Below are positions 13,785 to 23,102 of a stretch of 32,000 bases of DNA, one piece after another. The DNA is from Kineococcus radiotolerans SRS30216 = ATCC BAA-149 (GTDB lineage Bacteria; Actinomycetota; Actinomycetes; Actinomycetales; Kineococcaceae): positions 3,870,001 through 3,902,000 of the forward strand of contig NC_009664.2 of assembly GCF_000017305.1 (NCBI RefSeq), written 5' to 3'. The first letter of the stretch is position 1. Every line of letters begins with the position of its first letter. Below the pieces are notes generated by a model. It ran no database searches. It was given only the letters and a program-made list of their open reading frames with translations, and was not told the origin of the DNA. Made by a program: the position numbers and the translations under genes.

Positions 13785-14897
13785 GTGACCCTCGACGCGG
13801 CCGCGCCGGCCCGCACCACCGGCACCGTGCGGGTGGTCGGCACCGGTCTGCTCGGGACCTCCGCCGCCCTCGCGCTGACCCTGCGCGGGGTCGACGTCGT
13901 CCTCGTCGACCCCTCGCCGACCGCCGTCGCCCTGGCCCGCGACCTCGGGGCGGGCCGGTTCCCCGCCGCGGGCGACGACCCCCGCCTCGTGCTCGTGGCG
14001 GCCCCGCCGGACGTGGTGGCCGACGTGGTGGCCGCGGAGCTCATCGCCTTCCCGGACGCGGTGGTCACCGACGTCGCCAGCGTCAAGGGCGGACCGCTCG
14101 CGGCGCTGACGGCGCGGGGCGCGGACCTCTCCCGCTACGTGGGCAGCCACCCGATGGCCGGGCGCGAGCGCTCCGGGGCGGTCTCCGCCCGCACCGACCT
14201 GTTCGCCGGGCGGCCCTGGGTGGTCGCCGCGCACGACCTCGCCGCCCCCGCCGCCGTGCGGGCGGTCCACGACCTCGCCACGGACTGCGGCGGGGTCCCG
14301 GTGACGATGGGCGCCGCCGAGCACGACGCGGCCGTCGCCGTCGTCTCCCACGCCCCCCAGGTCGCGGCGAGCCTCGTCGCCGCCCGGCTGCGCGAGGCCT
14401 CCGAGCCCGCGGTCGCCCTGGCCGGGCAGGGGCTGCGCGACGTGACCCGGATCGCCGGCAGCGACCCGACGCTGTGGGCGCAGATCCTCGCCGGCAACGC
14501 CGCCCCCGTGGCGGACGTGCTGGAGGACCTGCGCCGCGACCTCGACGACGTCGTCGCCGCCCTGCGGGCGCTGGCCCGGGACCCGGCCGCGCCCGGGGCG
14601 CGCGGCCGCCTCGCCCGGGTGATCGCCGACGGCGGGGCCGGGCGGGACCGGATCCCCGGCAAGCATGGCAGCGCCCCCACGGCCTACGCGACGGTCGTCG
14701 TCGTCGTCCCCGACCGCCCCGGGGCCCTGGCCGGGCTGCTGACCGACGTCGACGCCGCCGGGGTCAACCTCGAGGACCTGCGCCTGGAGCACTCCGAGGG
14801 GCAGGCCGTCGCGCTCGCCGCCGTCGACGTGCTGCCCGCGGCCGCCGGCCCGCTGGCCGAGGCCCTGCGCGGGCGGGGCTGGACCGTCCCGCTCTGA
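13785..14897 (+). CDS. tyrA: Prephenate dehydrogenase with a C-terminal ACT domain. An alternative GTG start lies at 13722.
   Basis: The Rossmann motif is VRVVGTGLLGTSAALAL. The prephenate dehydrogenase core reads YVGSHPMAGRERSG...HDAAVAVVSHAPQVAAS...RDVTRIAGSDPTLWAQIL. The C-terminal ACT-like segment is VVVVVPDRPGALAGLLTDVDAAGVNLEDLRLEH. Confidence 0.85.
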   Translation: MTLDAAAPARTTGTVRVVGTGLLGTSAALALTLRGVDVVLVDPSPTAVALARDLGAGRFPAAGDDPRLVLVAAPPDVVADVVAAELIAFPDAVVTDVASVKGGPLAALTARGADLSRYVGSHPMAGRERSGAVSARTDLFAGRPWVVAAHDLAAPAAVRAVHDLATDCGGVPVTMGAAEHDAAVAVVSHAPQVAASLVAARLREASEPAVALAGQGLRDVTRIAGSDPTLWAQILAGNAAPVADVLEDLRRDLDDVVAALRALARDPAAPGARGRLARVIADGGAGRDRIPGKHGSAPTAYATVVVVVPDRPGALAGLLTDVDAAGVNLEDLRLEHSEGQAVALAAVDVLPAAAGPLAEALRGRGWTVPL

Positions 14898-14949
14898 CGC
14901 CCGTCCGCGCGATTCACGGCCCGGCGGGGACGTCGACTAACCTCGTGCG

Positions 14950-15741
14950 GTGTCCTCCTCGTCCGCCGATCGTGGCCCCGTCGCGTCCACCACCACCCCC
15001 GACGACGTGCCCGTCGTGACCACCGCGCTCGTGGTCGCCGTCGACGGCCCCTCCGGCAGTGGCAAGTCCAGCGTCAGCCGGGCCGCCGCCCGCGCCCTGG
15101 GCGTCGCCTTCCTGGACACCGGCGCGATGTACCGCGCGGTGACGTGGGCGGCGCTGCGCGACGGCGTCGACCTGGACGACCGCACCGCGGTCGCCGCGCA
15201 CGTGCGCGCCACCGCCCTGGTCGTCGGCACCGACCCCGCCGCCCCGACCGTCGCGGTCGCCGCGGCCGACGGCACCGAGACCGACCTGACCGAGGCCGTC
15301 CGCACCGACGAGGTCACCGCGAGCGTCAGCGCCGTGGCCTCCGTCCCCGCCGTCCGCCAGGACCTCGTGCTGCGGCAGCGGGCGCTCATCGACTCCGCGT
15401 GCGCCGCGCCGCTGCCCGGCCGCCGCGCCGGGGTGGTCGCGGAGGGGCGCGACATCACCACGGTCGTCGCCCCCGACGCCGACGTGCGGATCCTGCTCAC
15501 CGCCGACGAGGGCGTGCGCCTGGCCCGCCGCGCCCGCCAGGACCTCGGCACGGCCGACGAGGCGGCGGTGGAGGCCACCCGCCGCGCCGTGGTCGAGCGC
15601 GACCGCGTCGACTCCCGCACCACGGCCTTCACCACCGCCGCCGACGGGGTCGTGACGGTGGACTCCACCCACCTCGACTTCGACGGGACCGTGGCGGCCG
15701 TCCTCGAGGTCGTCACCCGGGCCGCCGGGGGCGGGGCGTGA
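14950..15741 (+). CDS. cmk: Cytidylate kinase
   Basis: The P-loop is [36 protein letters not shown]. The motifs [21 protein letters not shown] and VVERDRVDS are also present. The position before plsC and der is conserved in actinobacteria. Confidence 0.9.
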   Translation: MSSSSADRGPVASTTTPDDVPVVTTALVVAVDGPSGSGKSSVSRAAARALGVAFLDTGAMYRAVTWAALRDGVDLDDRTAVAAHVRATALVVGTDPAAPTVAVAAADGTETDLTEAVRTDEVTASVSAVASVPAVRQDLVLRQRALIDSACAAPLPGRRAGVVAEGRDITTVVAPDADVRILLTADEGVRLARRARQDLGTADEAAVEATRRAVVERDRVDSRTTAFTTAADGVVTVDSTHLDFDGTVAAVLEVVTRAAGGGA

Positions 15742-16493
15742 ACCGGGCCCCGGTGGGCGGGGAGCACCCCGGCCCGCCGCAGGCCTGGACCCGGGCGGTC
15801 GGGAAGCTCCTCGCCCACGGCGTCTGGAACGCCCGCGTCCTGGGTGCGGAGAACGTGCCCACCACCGGTCCGGTCCTCTTCGCGGCCAACCACGCCTCGA
15901 TCGTGGACGGGCCGCTGCTGTACGGCGTGACCCCGCGGCGGGCGCACTTCCTCGTCAAGAAGGAGATGTTCGAGGGCTCGCTGCTGACGCGCTTCGTCGG
16001 GGGGGCCCTGTTGCAGGCCGGTCAGATCCCCATCGACCGCACCCGCGGCGACCGCGACGCGCTGCAGTCGGTGCTGGCGGTCCTCGCCGCCGGCGGGGCG
16101 GCGGGGGTCTTCCCCGAGGGGACCCGCGGGCGCGGCGACGCGGCCAGCGTGCGCAGCGGCATCGCCTGGATCGCGCTGCAGTCCGGCGCCCCCGTGGTGC
16201 CCGTCGCCTGCCTCGGCGCCCACCTGCGCGGCGAGCCCCCCCGGTCGCTGCCGCCCCTGCGGCGCAAGCTGACGTTCTGCTTCGGCGAACCCTTCACGGT
16301 CGTCAAGGAACCCGGGGTGCCCGGGCGGACCGCCCTGGCCAACGCCGTCGAACGCGTCCGGGTGGAGCTGTCCAGCCACGTGCTGGACTCCTTGCAGCGC
16401 ACCGGCATCCAACTACCCGAAGACCAGGACGGCGCCGACGAGCTGGGGCTCGGCGAGATGACGTCCGACGACGTGCCAGGAGGCACCCGGTGA
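15738..16493 (+). CDS. plsC: 1-acyl-sn-glycerol-3-phosphate acyltransferase family protein (PlsC-like)
   Basis: The GTG start overlaps the cmk stop. The acyltransferase motifs NHASIVDGP (HxxxxD) and [11 protein letters not shown] are present. Confidence 0.85.
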   Translation: MNRAPVGGEHPGPPQAWTRAVGKLLAHGVWNARVLGAENVPTTGPVLFAANHASIVDGPLLYGVTPRRAHFLVKKEMFEGSLLTRFVGGALLQAGQIPIDRTRGDRDALQSVLAVLAAGGAAGVFPEGTRGRGDAASVRSGIAWIALQSGAPVVPVACLGAHLRGEPPRSLPPLRRKLTFCFGEPFTVVKEPGVPGRTALANAVERVRVELSSHVLDSLQRTGIQLPEDQDGADELGLGEMTSDDVPGGTR

Positions 16494-17980
16494 GCAGCAC
16501 CCCCGAGAACCCCGACATCCCCGAGAGCACCCCGCAGCACCCCGACGAGAACGTCGAGCGCGCCCTGCGCGTCGGCCTCGAGGACTACGACCTCTCGCCC
16601 GAGGACGTCCAGCTCCTCGAGTCCGACGGCCTGGAGGGCGAGGAGGACGCACCCACCGGCCCGCTGCCGGTGCTCGCCGTCGTCGGCCGGCCCAACGTGG
16701 GCAAGTCGACCCTGGTCAACCGCATCATCGGCCGGCGCGAGGCCGTCGTCGAGGACGTCCCCGGCGTCACCCGCGACCGCGTCGCCTACCCGGCCAACTG
16801 GGCCGGGCGCGACTTCACCCTCGTCGACACCGGCGGCTGGGAGGCCAAGGCCGAGGGCCTGAACCTCGCCGTCGCCGACCAGGCCGAGCTCGCCATCGAG
16901 CTCGCCGACGCCGTGATGTTCGTCGTCGACGGGACCGTTGGCGCGACCGCGAGCGACGAGCAGGTCGTGCGCCTGCTGCGCAGGTCCGGCCGCCCGGTGA
17001 CGCTCATCGCCAACAAGGTCGACGGCCCGCGCCAGGAGGCCCTCGCGACCGAGCTGTGGGGCCTCGGCCTGGGCGAGCCGCACCCGGTGTCGGCGCTGCA
17101 CGGCCGCGGCACCGGCGACGCGCTCGACGCCGCGGTCAAGACGCTGCCCGCGGTCTCCGCCGTCGGCGGGGGGCTGATCCCCGAGGGCGGTCCGCGCCGC
17201 GTCGCGCTGCTGGGACGCCCCAACGTCGGCAAGTCCTCGATGCTCAACAAGCTCGCCGGTTCGGAGCGGGTCGTCGTCCACCCCACGGCCGGCACCACCC
17301 GCGACCCCGTCGACGAGATCATCGAGCTCGGCGGGCGGACCTGGCGCTTCGTGGACACCGCGGGCATCCGCCGCCGCGTGCACCTGACCAAGGGCGCCGA
17401 CTTCTACGCCTCGCTGCGGACCCAGACCGCCCTGGAGAAGGCCGAGGTGGCCGTCGTCCTCGTCGACGCCAGCGTGCCCATCGCGGAGCAGGACATCCGG
17501 GTCATCTCCACCGTCGTGGAGTCCGGGCGCGCCCTCGTCGTGGCCTACAACAAGTGGGACCTCACCGACGAGGAGCGCCGGCACTACCTCGAGCGCGAGA
17601 TCGAGAAGGAGCTCGTGCAGATCCCGTGGGCGCCGCGGGTGAACGTCTCGGCGCAGACGGGGCGGCACATGGAGCGCCTCGTCCCGGCCATCGACACCGC
17701 GCTGGCCTCGTGGGAGATGCGCATCCCCACCGGGCGCCTCAACGCGTTCCTGGGCTCGATCGTCGCCGCCCACCCGCACCCGGTGCGCGGGGGCAAGCAG
17801 CCGCGCATCCTCTTCGGGACCCAGGCCTCGACCCGCCCGCCGCGCTTCGTCATCTTCGCCAGCGGCTTCCTGGAGGCCGGCTACCGCCGCTTCCTCGAGC
17901 GCCGGCTGCGCGAGGAGTTCGGCTTCGAGGGCACGCCCATCGAGGTCAGCGTGCGGGTGCGGGAGAAGCGCAAGCGATGA
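16490..17980 (+). CDS. der: Ribosome biogenesis GTPase Der (EngA), with two GTPase domains and a KH-like C-terminus
   Basis: There are two G1 motifs ([12 protein letters not shown] and [12 protein letters not shown]), two DTGG/DTAG motifs and NKVD/NKWD. The C-terminal [32 protein letters not shown] is typical of Der. Confidence 0.95.
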   Translation: MSSTPENPDIPESTPQHPDENVERALRVGLEDYDLSPEDVQLLESDGLEGEEDAPTGPLPVLAVVGRPNVGKSTLVNRIIGRREAVVEDVPGVTRDRVAYPANWAGRDFTLVDTGGWEAKAEGLNLAVADQAELAIELADAVMFVVDGTVGATASDEQVVRLLRRSGRPVTLIANKVDGPRQEALATELWGLGLGEPHPVSALHGRGTGDALDAAVKTLPAVSAVGGGLIPEGGPRRVALLGRPNVGKSSMLNKLAGSERVVVHPTAGTTRDPVDEIIELGGRTWRFVDTAGIRRRVHLTKGADFYASLRTQTALEKAEVAVVLVDASVPIAEQDIRVISTVVESGRALVVAYNKWDLTDEERRHYLEREIEKELVQIPWAPRVNVSAQTGRHMERLVPAIDTALASWEMRIPTGRLNAFLGSIVAAHPHPVRGGKQPRILFGTQASTRPPRFVIFASGFLEAGYRRFLERRLREEFGFEGTPIEVSVRVREKRKR

Positions 17981-17991
17981 GGTAAGGTTCT

Positions 17992-18019
17992 ACCCGGCCC
18001 GCGAGGAACGGGGCCGGGT
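17992..18019 (+). terminator. Hairpin downstream of der
   Basis: ACCCGGCCC (17992-18000), a 10-nt loop, GGGCCGGGT (18011-18019). It starts 12 nt after the der stop. Confidence 0.4.
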
Positions 18020-18038
18020 GGTCGACCCTCGGGTCGAT

Positions 18039-18115
<77 letters not shown>

Positions 18116-18133
18116 GCGTTCGCGCAGGTCAGC

Positions 18134-18171
18134 ACGGAGGGGTCGGACCCGAGAGGGTCCGGCCCCTCCGT
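18134..18171. terminator. Strong 17-bp hairpin between tRNA-Pro (+) and ynfA (-); a likely bidirectional terminator
   Basis: ACGGAGGGGTCGGACCC (18134-18150), loop GAGA, GGGTCCGGCCCCTCCGT (18155-18171). There is one mismatch in 17 bp. Confidence 0.5.
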
Positions 18172-18197
18172 CGTTCCCGGACCGCCCGGGGGCGGCG

Positions 18198-18533
18198 TCA
18201 GGAGGGGCGGGGGGCGTACATGACGATCCCGACCCCGACCAGGCACACCAGCGCCCCGGCGACGTCGAAGCGGTCGGGGCGGTAGCCGTCGACGACGGCG
18301 GCCCACAGCAGCGAGCCGGCGACGAAGACCCCGCCGTAGGCGGCGAGGACCCGGCCGAACTGCGCCTCCGGCTGCAGCGTCGCGGCGAACCCGTACAGGC
18401 CCAGCGCGATGACGCCGGCGCCGATCCAGGCCAGGCCGCGGTGCTCGCGGACCCCCTGCCAGACCAGCCAGGCCCCGCCGATCTCCAGCAGGGCGGCCAG
18501 CACGAAGAGGGCGATCGAGCGCAGGACGTCCAC
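18198..18533 (-). CDS. ynfA: YnfA-family small membrane protein (UPF0060)
   Basis: The product is 111 aa with four TM helices. The N-terminus [21 protein letters not shown] and the motif [18 protein letters not shown] are characteristic of the YnfA family. Confidence 0.85.
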   Translation of the reverse strand: MDVLRSIALFVLAALLEIGGAWLVWQGVREHRGLAWIGAGVIALGLYGFAATLQPEAQFGRVLAAYGGVFVAGSLLWAAVVDGYRPDRFDVAGALVCLVGVGIVMYAPRPS

Positions 18534-18658
18534 GCCGGAACGCTAGCGGGCCCTGCTCGGTGCTCCTGCGGCCCGCACGGGGCCGCGTGGGCCCCCGAGG
18601 GGCCCGCGCGCCGGGGACGGGGAGTCCGGGGCCGCCGGGCCTTGAGTAGGGTCAGCGC

Positions 18659-19510
18659 ATGTCCTGCCAGGAGCCGTCCGAGGCGCCGTTCGTCGCCGTC
18701 CACGACGCCTGCAAGACCTACCCGTCCGCGGACGGCACCGTCCACGCCCTCGACCACGTCGACCTGCAGGTCCCCCGCGGCCGGTTCGTCAGCGTCATCG
18801 GGCCCTCCGGCTGCGGCAAGTCGACCCTGCTGCGCCTGGTCGCCGGGCTCGAGGAGCCCGACGGGGGGCAGGTGCGGATCTGCAGCCGCAGCGCGGCCGA
18901 GGCGCGCGCGGACAAGATGATCGGCTTCGTGCCCCAGGTGCCCGCGCTGCTGCCGTGGCTGGACGTCCTGGGCAACGTCCGCCTGCTGGAGAAGGTCAAC
19001 CGCTCCGGGACCGCCCGCCGGCGGCGCGCGGCCGCCCCCGCCCGCTCGGGCCTGGCCTCCGACCCCGTCGCGCTGCTGACCCGCCTCGGTCTGGGGGACG
19101 TCCTGAACCGCCGCCCCGGTCAGCTGTCCGGCGGCATGCAGCAGCGGACGGCGATCGCGCGCGCGTTCGCCCTCGAACCCCAGGTCCTGCTCATGGACGA
19201 GCCGTTCTCCGCCCTCGACGAGTTCACCCGCGAGTCCGCGCAGCTGCAGCTGCTCGACGTGTGGCAGGAGCTGCGGACCACCGTCGTCTTCGTCACCCAC
19301 TCCATCGCCGAGGCCGTGCTGCTCTCGGACACCGTCGTGGTGATGGCGGCCCGGCCCGGGCGCATCGCGGGCGTCGTCGACGTCGGTCTCGACCGCCCCC
19401 GCCACCACGGGCTGCTGGACTCCGCCGACATGCACGACCACGAGCACCGCATCCGCGAGATCCTCGGGCGCGCCTGGGACCCGCTGGACCCCGCGAGGGG
19501 CGCCGCGTGA
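18659..19510 (+). CDS. ABC transporter ATP-binding protein (NitT/TauT, SsuB/TauB-like family)
   Basis: Walker A is GPSGCGKSTLLRLVAG, the signature is LSGGMQQR, Walker B is LLMDEPFSALD, and the H-loop is FVTHS. Confidence 0.9.
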   Translation: MSCQEPSEAPFVAVHDACKTYPSADGTVHALDHVDLQVPRGRFVSVIGPSGCGKSTLLRLVAGLEEPDGGQVRICSRSAAEARADKMIGFVPQVPALLPWLDVLGNVRLLEKVNRSGTARRRRAAAPARSGLASDPVALLTRLGLGDVLNRRPGQLSGGMQQRTAIARAFALEPQVLLMDEPFSALDEFTRESAQLQLLDVWQELRTTVVFVTHSIAEAVLLSDTVVVMAARPGRIAGVVDVGLDRPRHHGLLDSADMHDHEHRIREILGRAWDPLDPARGAA

Positions 19511-20268
19511 GGTTCGCGCACCCCCGGTTCTGGCTCCCCACCGTCCTGGCCCTCGTCGTCGCCGGGCTGCTGTGGACGTGGGTGGCGCGGGACAACCCCT
19601 ACGTCCTGCCCACGCTGCCCAGCGTGGGACGCCAGTTCGTGGAGAACCCCGACCTCTACCTCGCCAACGCCGCCACCACCCTGCAGGAGGCCCTCGTCGG
19701 GCTGGCGCTGGGCACGCTCGTCGCCGTCCTCGTCGCCGTGCTGGTGGCGGAGTCGGCCCTGCTGTGGCGCGCGACGATGCCGCTGGCGGTGATCCTCAGC
19801 GTCACCCCCGTCGTCGCCATCGCGCCCGCGCTGGTCGTCGCCTTCGGCTTCGGCATGACGCCGAAGTACGTCGTGACCGGCCTCATCACCTTCTTCCCCG
19901 TCCTCATGAACACCGTCACCGGGTTGCGGTCGGTGGACCGGCACGTCCTGCAGGTGTTCCGGACCGTCGACGCGTCGCGCGCGGAGGTGCTGCTGCGGCT
20001 GCGGTTCCCCAGCGCGCTGCCCTACCTGTTCTCCGCGCTGCGGGTGGTGTTCCCGCTCTCCCTCGTCGGGGCGATCGTCGCGGAGTTCTCCGCCTCCGGC
20101 GCCCAGTCCGGGCTGGGGACCCTCATCAGCGTGGCGAGCTCGAACTCCCAGCTGGACCGGGTGTTCGCCGCCATCGCCTGCCTGGCCGCCATGGGATCGC
20201 TGCTGCTCCTGCTCGTCACCACCGTCGAACGTCGTGCGCTGTCCTGGCACGAGTCGCAGAACCGCTGA
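19507..20268 (+). CDS. ABC transporter permease (NitT/TauT family)
   Basis: The GTG start overlaps the ATPase stop. The protein has multiple TM helices. The EAA-like loop region reads DASRAEVLLRLRFPSALPYLFSALRV. Confidence 0.85.
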   Translation: MRFAHPRFWLPTVLALVVAGLLWTWVARDNPYVLPTLPSVGRQFVENPDLYLANAATTLQEALVGLALGTLVAVLVAVLVAESALLWRATMPLAVILSVTPVVAIAPALVVAFGFGMTPKYVVTGLITFFPVLMNTVTGLRSVDRHVLQVFRTVDASRAEVLLRLRFPSALPYLFSALRVVFPLSLVGAIVAEFSASGAQSGLGTLISVASSNSQLDRVFAAIACLAAMGSLLLLLVTTVERRALSWHESQNR

Positions 20269-20291
20269 GAAACCGACCCCAGGAGATCCCC

Positions 20292-21389
20292 GTGACCCGT
20301 CTGCGCACCCCCCTCGCCGTCGGCGCGGCCCTCGCCCTCCTGCTCGCCGGGTGCGGGGGTTCCGACGAGCCGGGGGCCGGCGGCGGCTCCACCCCGACCG
20401 GCAGCCGCGGCTCCGCCGTCTCGCCCGAGCGGTGCGCGCAGAACGAGGCGGCGGGGAAGGTCACCTACGTCACCGGCTACCAGTACCAGTCCTCCGTCGG
20501 CATCCTGGAGCCGATCGCGGCGCAGGCGCTGGGCTACTTCGACGCGGTGTGCCTGGACGTGGAGATCCAGCCGGGCACGGGGGAGACCGCGCAGAACGCC
20601 CAGCTCGTCGCGGCCGGCACGGCGCAGATCTCCTCCATCGCGGGCAACTCCGACGTGCTCGTCAACGTGTCCAACGGCGTCGACGTGCAGGCCGTCGCCA
20701 CCTTCGGCCACGTCCCGGTCGCCACCCTCATGACCCGCCCCGACGTCACCGACCTGAAGCAGCTCGAGGGGACGACGCTGGGGCAGAAGGGGGCGCTGCC
20801 GGTGACGATCGAGGCCATGCTGCGCGCCGCCGGCGTCGACGTCTCGAAGATCACCCAGGTCGTGGTGGGCTACGACCCGACCGTCCTGGTCCGCGGCCAG
20901 GTGCAGTCGCTGACGGGGTACAAGTCCAACGAACCGCTGACCCTGGAGGCGAAGGGGGAGCAGGTGACGCTGTGGAACCCCGAGGACTACGGCGTCCCCG
21001 GGTCCATCGCCACGACCATCGTCAACCCCGGCTTCCTCGCCGAGCACCGCAGCGCCGTCGAGGACTTCCTCCGTGCCCAGCTCAAGGCCTACGCGTACTG
21101 CGAGGAGCACGCCGCCGAGTGCGTCGCCGACGCCGCGGCCCTCTCCCAGGCCGGGTACGACACCGACCACAACGTGCAGGTGTGGCAGACCGAGTCGAAG
21201 CTCGTCGACGACTCCCTGCCGGCGGGGCAGGTGCTGGGGCAGGTCGACGTCGCCTCCCTGCAGACCGAGGGCGACTTCCTCGTGCGGATGGGCCAGATCC
21301 CCTCCGTCCCCGACCTCGGGGAACTCGTCGTGCCCGACCTCGTGACCTCGCTCCACGCGGACGGTCAGCTCGTCTGGCCCGTCCCGTGA
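20292..21389 (+). CDS. ABC transporter substrate-binding lipoprotein (NMT1/SsuA-like)
   Basis: AGGAG (20281-20285) lies upstream of GTG 20292. The lipoprotein signal is LALLLAGC/GG. The periplasmic-binding-protein-like region reads KVTYVTGYQYQSSVGILEPIAAQALGYFD. It sits in an operon with the ABC ATPase and permease. Confidence 0.8.
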   Translation: MTRLRTPLAVGAALALLLAGCGGSDEPGAGGGSTPTGSRGSAVSPERCAQNEAAGKVTYVTGYQYQSSVGILEPIAAQALGYFDAVCLDVEIQPGTGETAQNAQLVAAGTAQISSIAGNSDVLVNVSNGVDVQAVATFGHVPVATLMTRPDVTDLKQLEGTTLGQKGALPVTIEAMLRAAGVDVSKITQVVVGYDPTVLVRGQVQSLTGYKSNEPLTLEAKGEQVTLWNPEDYGVPGSIATTIVNPGFLAEHRSAVEDFLRAQLKAYAYCEEHAAECVADAAALSQAGYDTDHNVQVWQTESKLVDDSLPAGQVLGQVDVASLQTEGDFLVRMGQIPSVPDLGELVVPDLVTSLHADGQLVWPVP

Positions 21390-22462
21390 CCGCGTCCCCC
21401 GCGTCCCCCGCCGCCGCCGCGACGGAGTACGGCATCTTCCTGCCCATCGGCAACGGGGGCTGGATCATGTCCGAGACCGCTCCCCACCCGCGGGCCACCT
21501 ACGCCTACAACCGCGAGGCCGCGCTGACCGCGGACCGCCTCGGGCTGGACTTCGTGATGTCGATGGCGAAGTGGCGCGGCTACGGCGGCCGCACCGACCA
21601 CTGGGGCGAGACCCTGGAGTCGATGACGATGATGTCGGCGCTGGCCGAGGCGACCCAGCGGGTGAAGGTCTGGGCGACGGTGCACACCAACCTCTTCCAC
21701 CCCGCCCTGGTCGCCAAGATGTTCGCGACCCTCGACCAGGTCTCGGACGGCCGGTGCGGCATGAACGTCGTCGTCGGCGCCTACGAGCACGAGTTCTCCC
21801 AGATGGGGCAGTGGCGCTCGGACTTCAGCCACGACGACCGCTACCGCTACACCGAGGAGTGGCTGCACCTCGTCCAGCGGTTGTGGAGCGAGGACTCCGT
21901 CACCGCGCACGGGGAGTTCTTCACCCTCGACGACTGCCAGTCCCGGCCCCACCCGTCCCGGCGCCCGACCCTCGTCTCCGCCGGGCGCTCGGAGGCCGGC
22001 CTGCGGTTCCAGGCCGCCCACTGCGACGGGTCCTTCCTCACCGCCGAGGACCTGCCCGGGCTGCGGGCCGCCGGGGAGCACGTCAAGGCGCTGGCCGCGG
22101 AGCGGGGGCGCTCGCTGAGGACGTACGCCATGCTGACCGTCGTCCTCGACGAGACCGACGCCGCGGCGGAGGCGAGGTTCCGCGAGCACGGCCGCGGCTA
22201 CGACGCCGAGGCCATCACCAACATGAAGCTGTCGTGGGGTCTGCCGCTGGACCGCGCGATGTCCATGACGGCCGGGGACGAGGCCCACGAGGCGTTCCAG
22301 ACCGCCGTCGTCGTGGGCGGACCGGCGTCGGTGGCCGAGCAGGTCCTCACCCACGTCCACGAGACCGGGCTGGACGGGCTCATGCTGATCTTCCCCGACT
22401 ACCTGCAGGACCTGCCCGCCTTCGGGGAACTGGTCCTGCCCACCCTGCGCGCGGAGTCCTGA
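21386..22462 (+). CDS. LLM-class flavin-dependent monooxygenase, RutA-like (pyrimidine monooxygenase family)
   Basis: The GTG start overlaps the upstream stop. YGIFLPIGNGGWIMSETAPH...FVMSMAKWRGYGGRTDHWGETLESMTMMSALAEAT...GRCGMNVVVGAYEHEFSQMGQW is colinear with E. coli RutA as recalled from memory (GVFVPIGNNGWLIS...FALSMIKLRGFGGKTEFW...[22 protein letters not shown]). Confidence 0.85.
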   Translation: MTASPASPAAAATEYGIFLPIGNGGWIMSETAPHPRATYAYNREAALTADRLGLDFVMSMAKWRGYGGRTDHWGETLESMTMMSALAEATQRVKVWATVHTNLFHPALVAKMFATLDQVSDGRCGMNVVVGAYEHEFSQMGQWRSDFSHDDRYRYTEEWLHLVQRLWSEDSVTAHGEFFTLDDCQSRPHPSRRPTLVSAGRSEAGLRFQAAHCDGSFLTAEDLPGLRAAGEHVKALAAERGRSLRTYAMLTVVLDETDAAAEARFREHGRGYDAEAITNMKLSWGLPLDRAMSMTAGDEAHEAFQTAVVVGGPASVAEQVLTHVHETGLDGLMLIFPDYLQDLPAFGELVLPTLRAES

Positions 22463-23085
22463 TGGACCCCCGGCTGCCGCGGCTGGCGGGCCGGCGCGGG
22501 GCGCTGCTCGTCGTCGACGTCCAGCGCTCCTTCGCCGACCCGGCGTTCCTCACCGACCTCCCCGGGCCCGCCCGCGCCGACGTGGCCGCCGCGGTCGGGG
22601 GGATCGTCCGGGCGGTCGCCGCCGCGCGCGCGGCCGGCACCGCCGTGGTCTGGGTCCGGCTGCGGGTGCCGCCCACCGACCCCTGGGAGGCGTCGAACTG
22701 GTTCCGCGGGCTCGCACCCGGCGACGACTGGCCCACCGCGTGGGAACCCTGCGTCGAGGGGACACCCGGCGCCGAGGGCTACGCCGTGGAACCCGCCGAC
22801 GGCGAGCTCGTCCTCACCAAGCGGACCTACGACGGGTTCGCCGGCACCGGCCTGGCCGACCGGCTGCGCGAGCGCGGGGTCGAGTGGCTGGCCGTCGCCG
22901 GGCTGACCAGCGACTGCTGCGTGCTGGAGACCGCCGGCAGCGCCTTCACCCACGGCTTCCGCACGGTGGTCCTGGCCGACGCCACCGCCGCCCACGACCG
23001 CCGCGCCCACGACGCGGCCCTGCACGTCCTGTCCCTGCACAGCGCCGTCGTCGCCGACCTCGACGAGGTCCGCGCCCTCTGGTGA
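22462..23085 (+). CDS. Isochorismatase-family cysteine hydrolase (RutB-like)
   Basis: The ATG overlaps the upstream stop (TGATG). The isochorismatase motifs are ALLVVDVQRSF, VLTKRTYDGFAGTGL and LAVAGLTSDCCVLETA, the last containing the catalytic Cys. Confidence 0.85.
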   Translation: MDPRLPRLAGRRGALLVVDVQRSFADPAFLTDLPGPARADVAAAVGGIVRAVAAARAAGTAVVWVRLRVPPTDPWEASNWFRGLAPGDDWPTAWEPCVEGTPGAEGYAVEPADGELVLTKRTYDGFAGTGLADRLRERGVEWLAVAGLTSDCCVLETAGSAFTHGFRTVVLADATAAHDRRAHDAALHVLSLHSAVVADLDEVRALW

Positions 23086-23102
23086 GCCCGGCGCCGGGCC
23101 GC

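Noticed and set aside
23086-23099. The palindrome GCCCGGCGCCGGGC between the convergent isochorismatase and anti-sigma genes, considered as a bidirectional terminator
   Set aside because: The stem is only 5-6 bp with an essentially 2-nt loop. That is too short and sterically poor to call a terminator with confidence.
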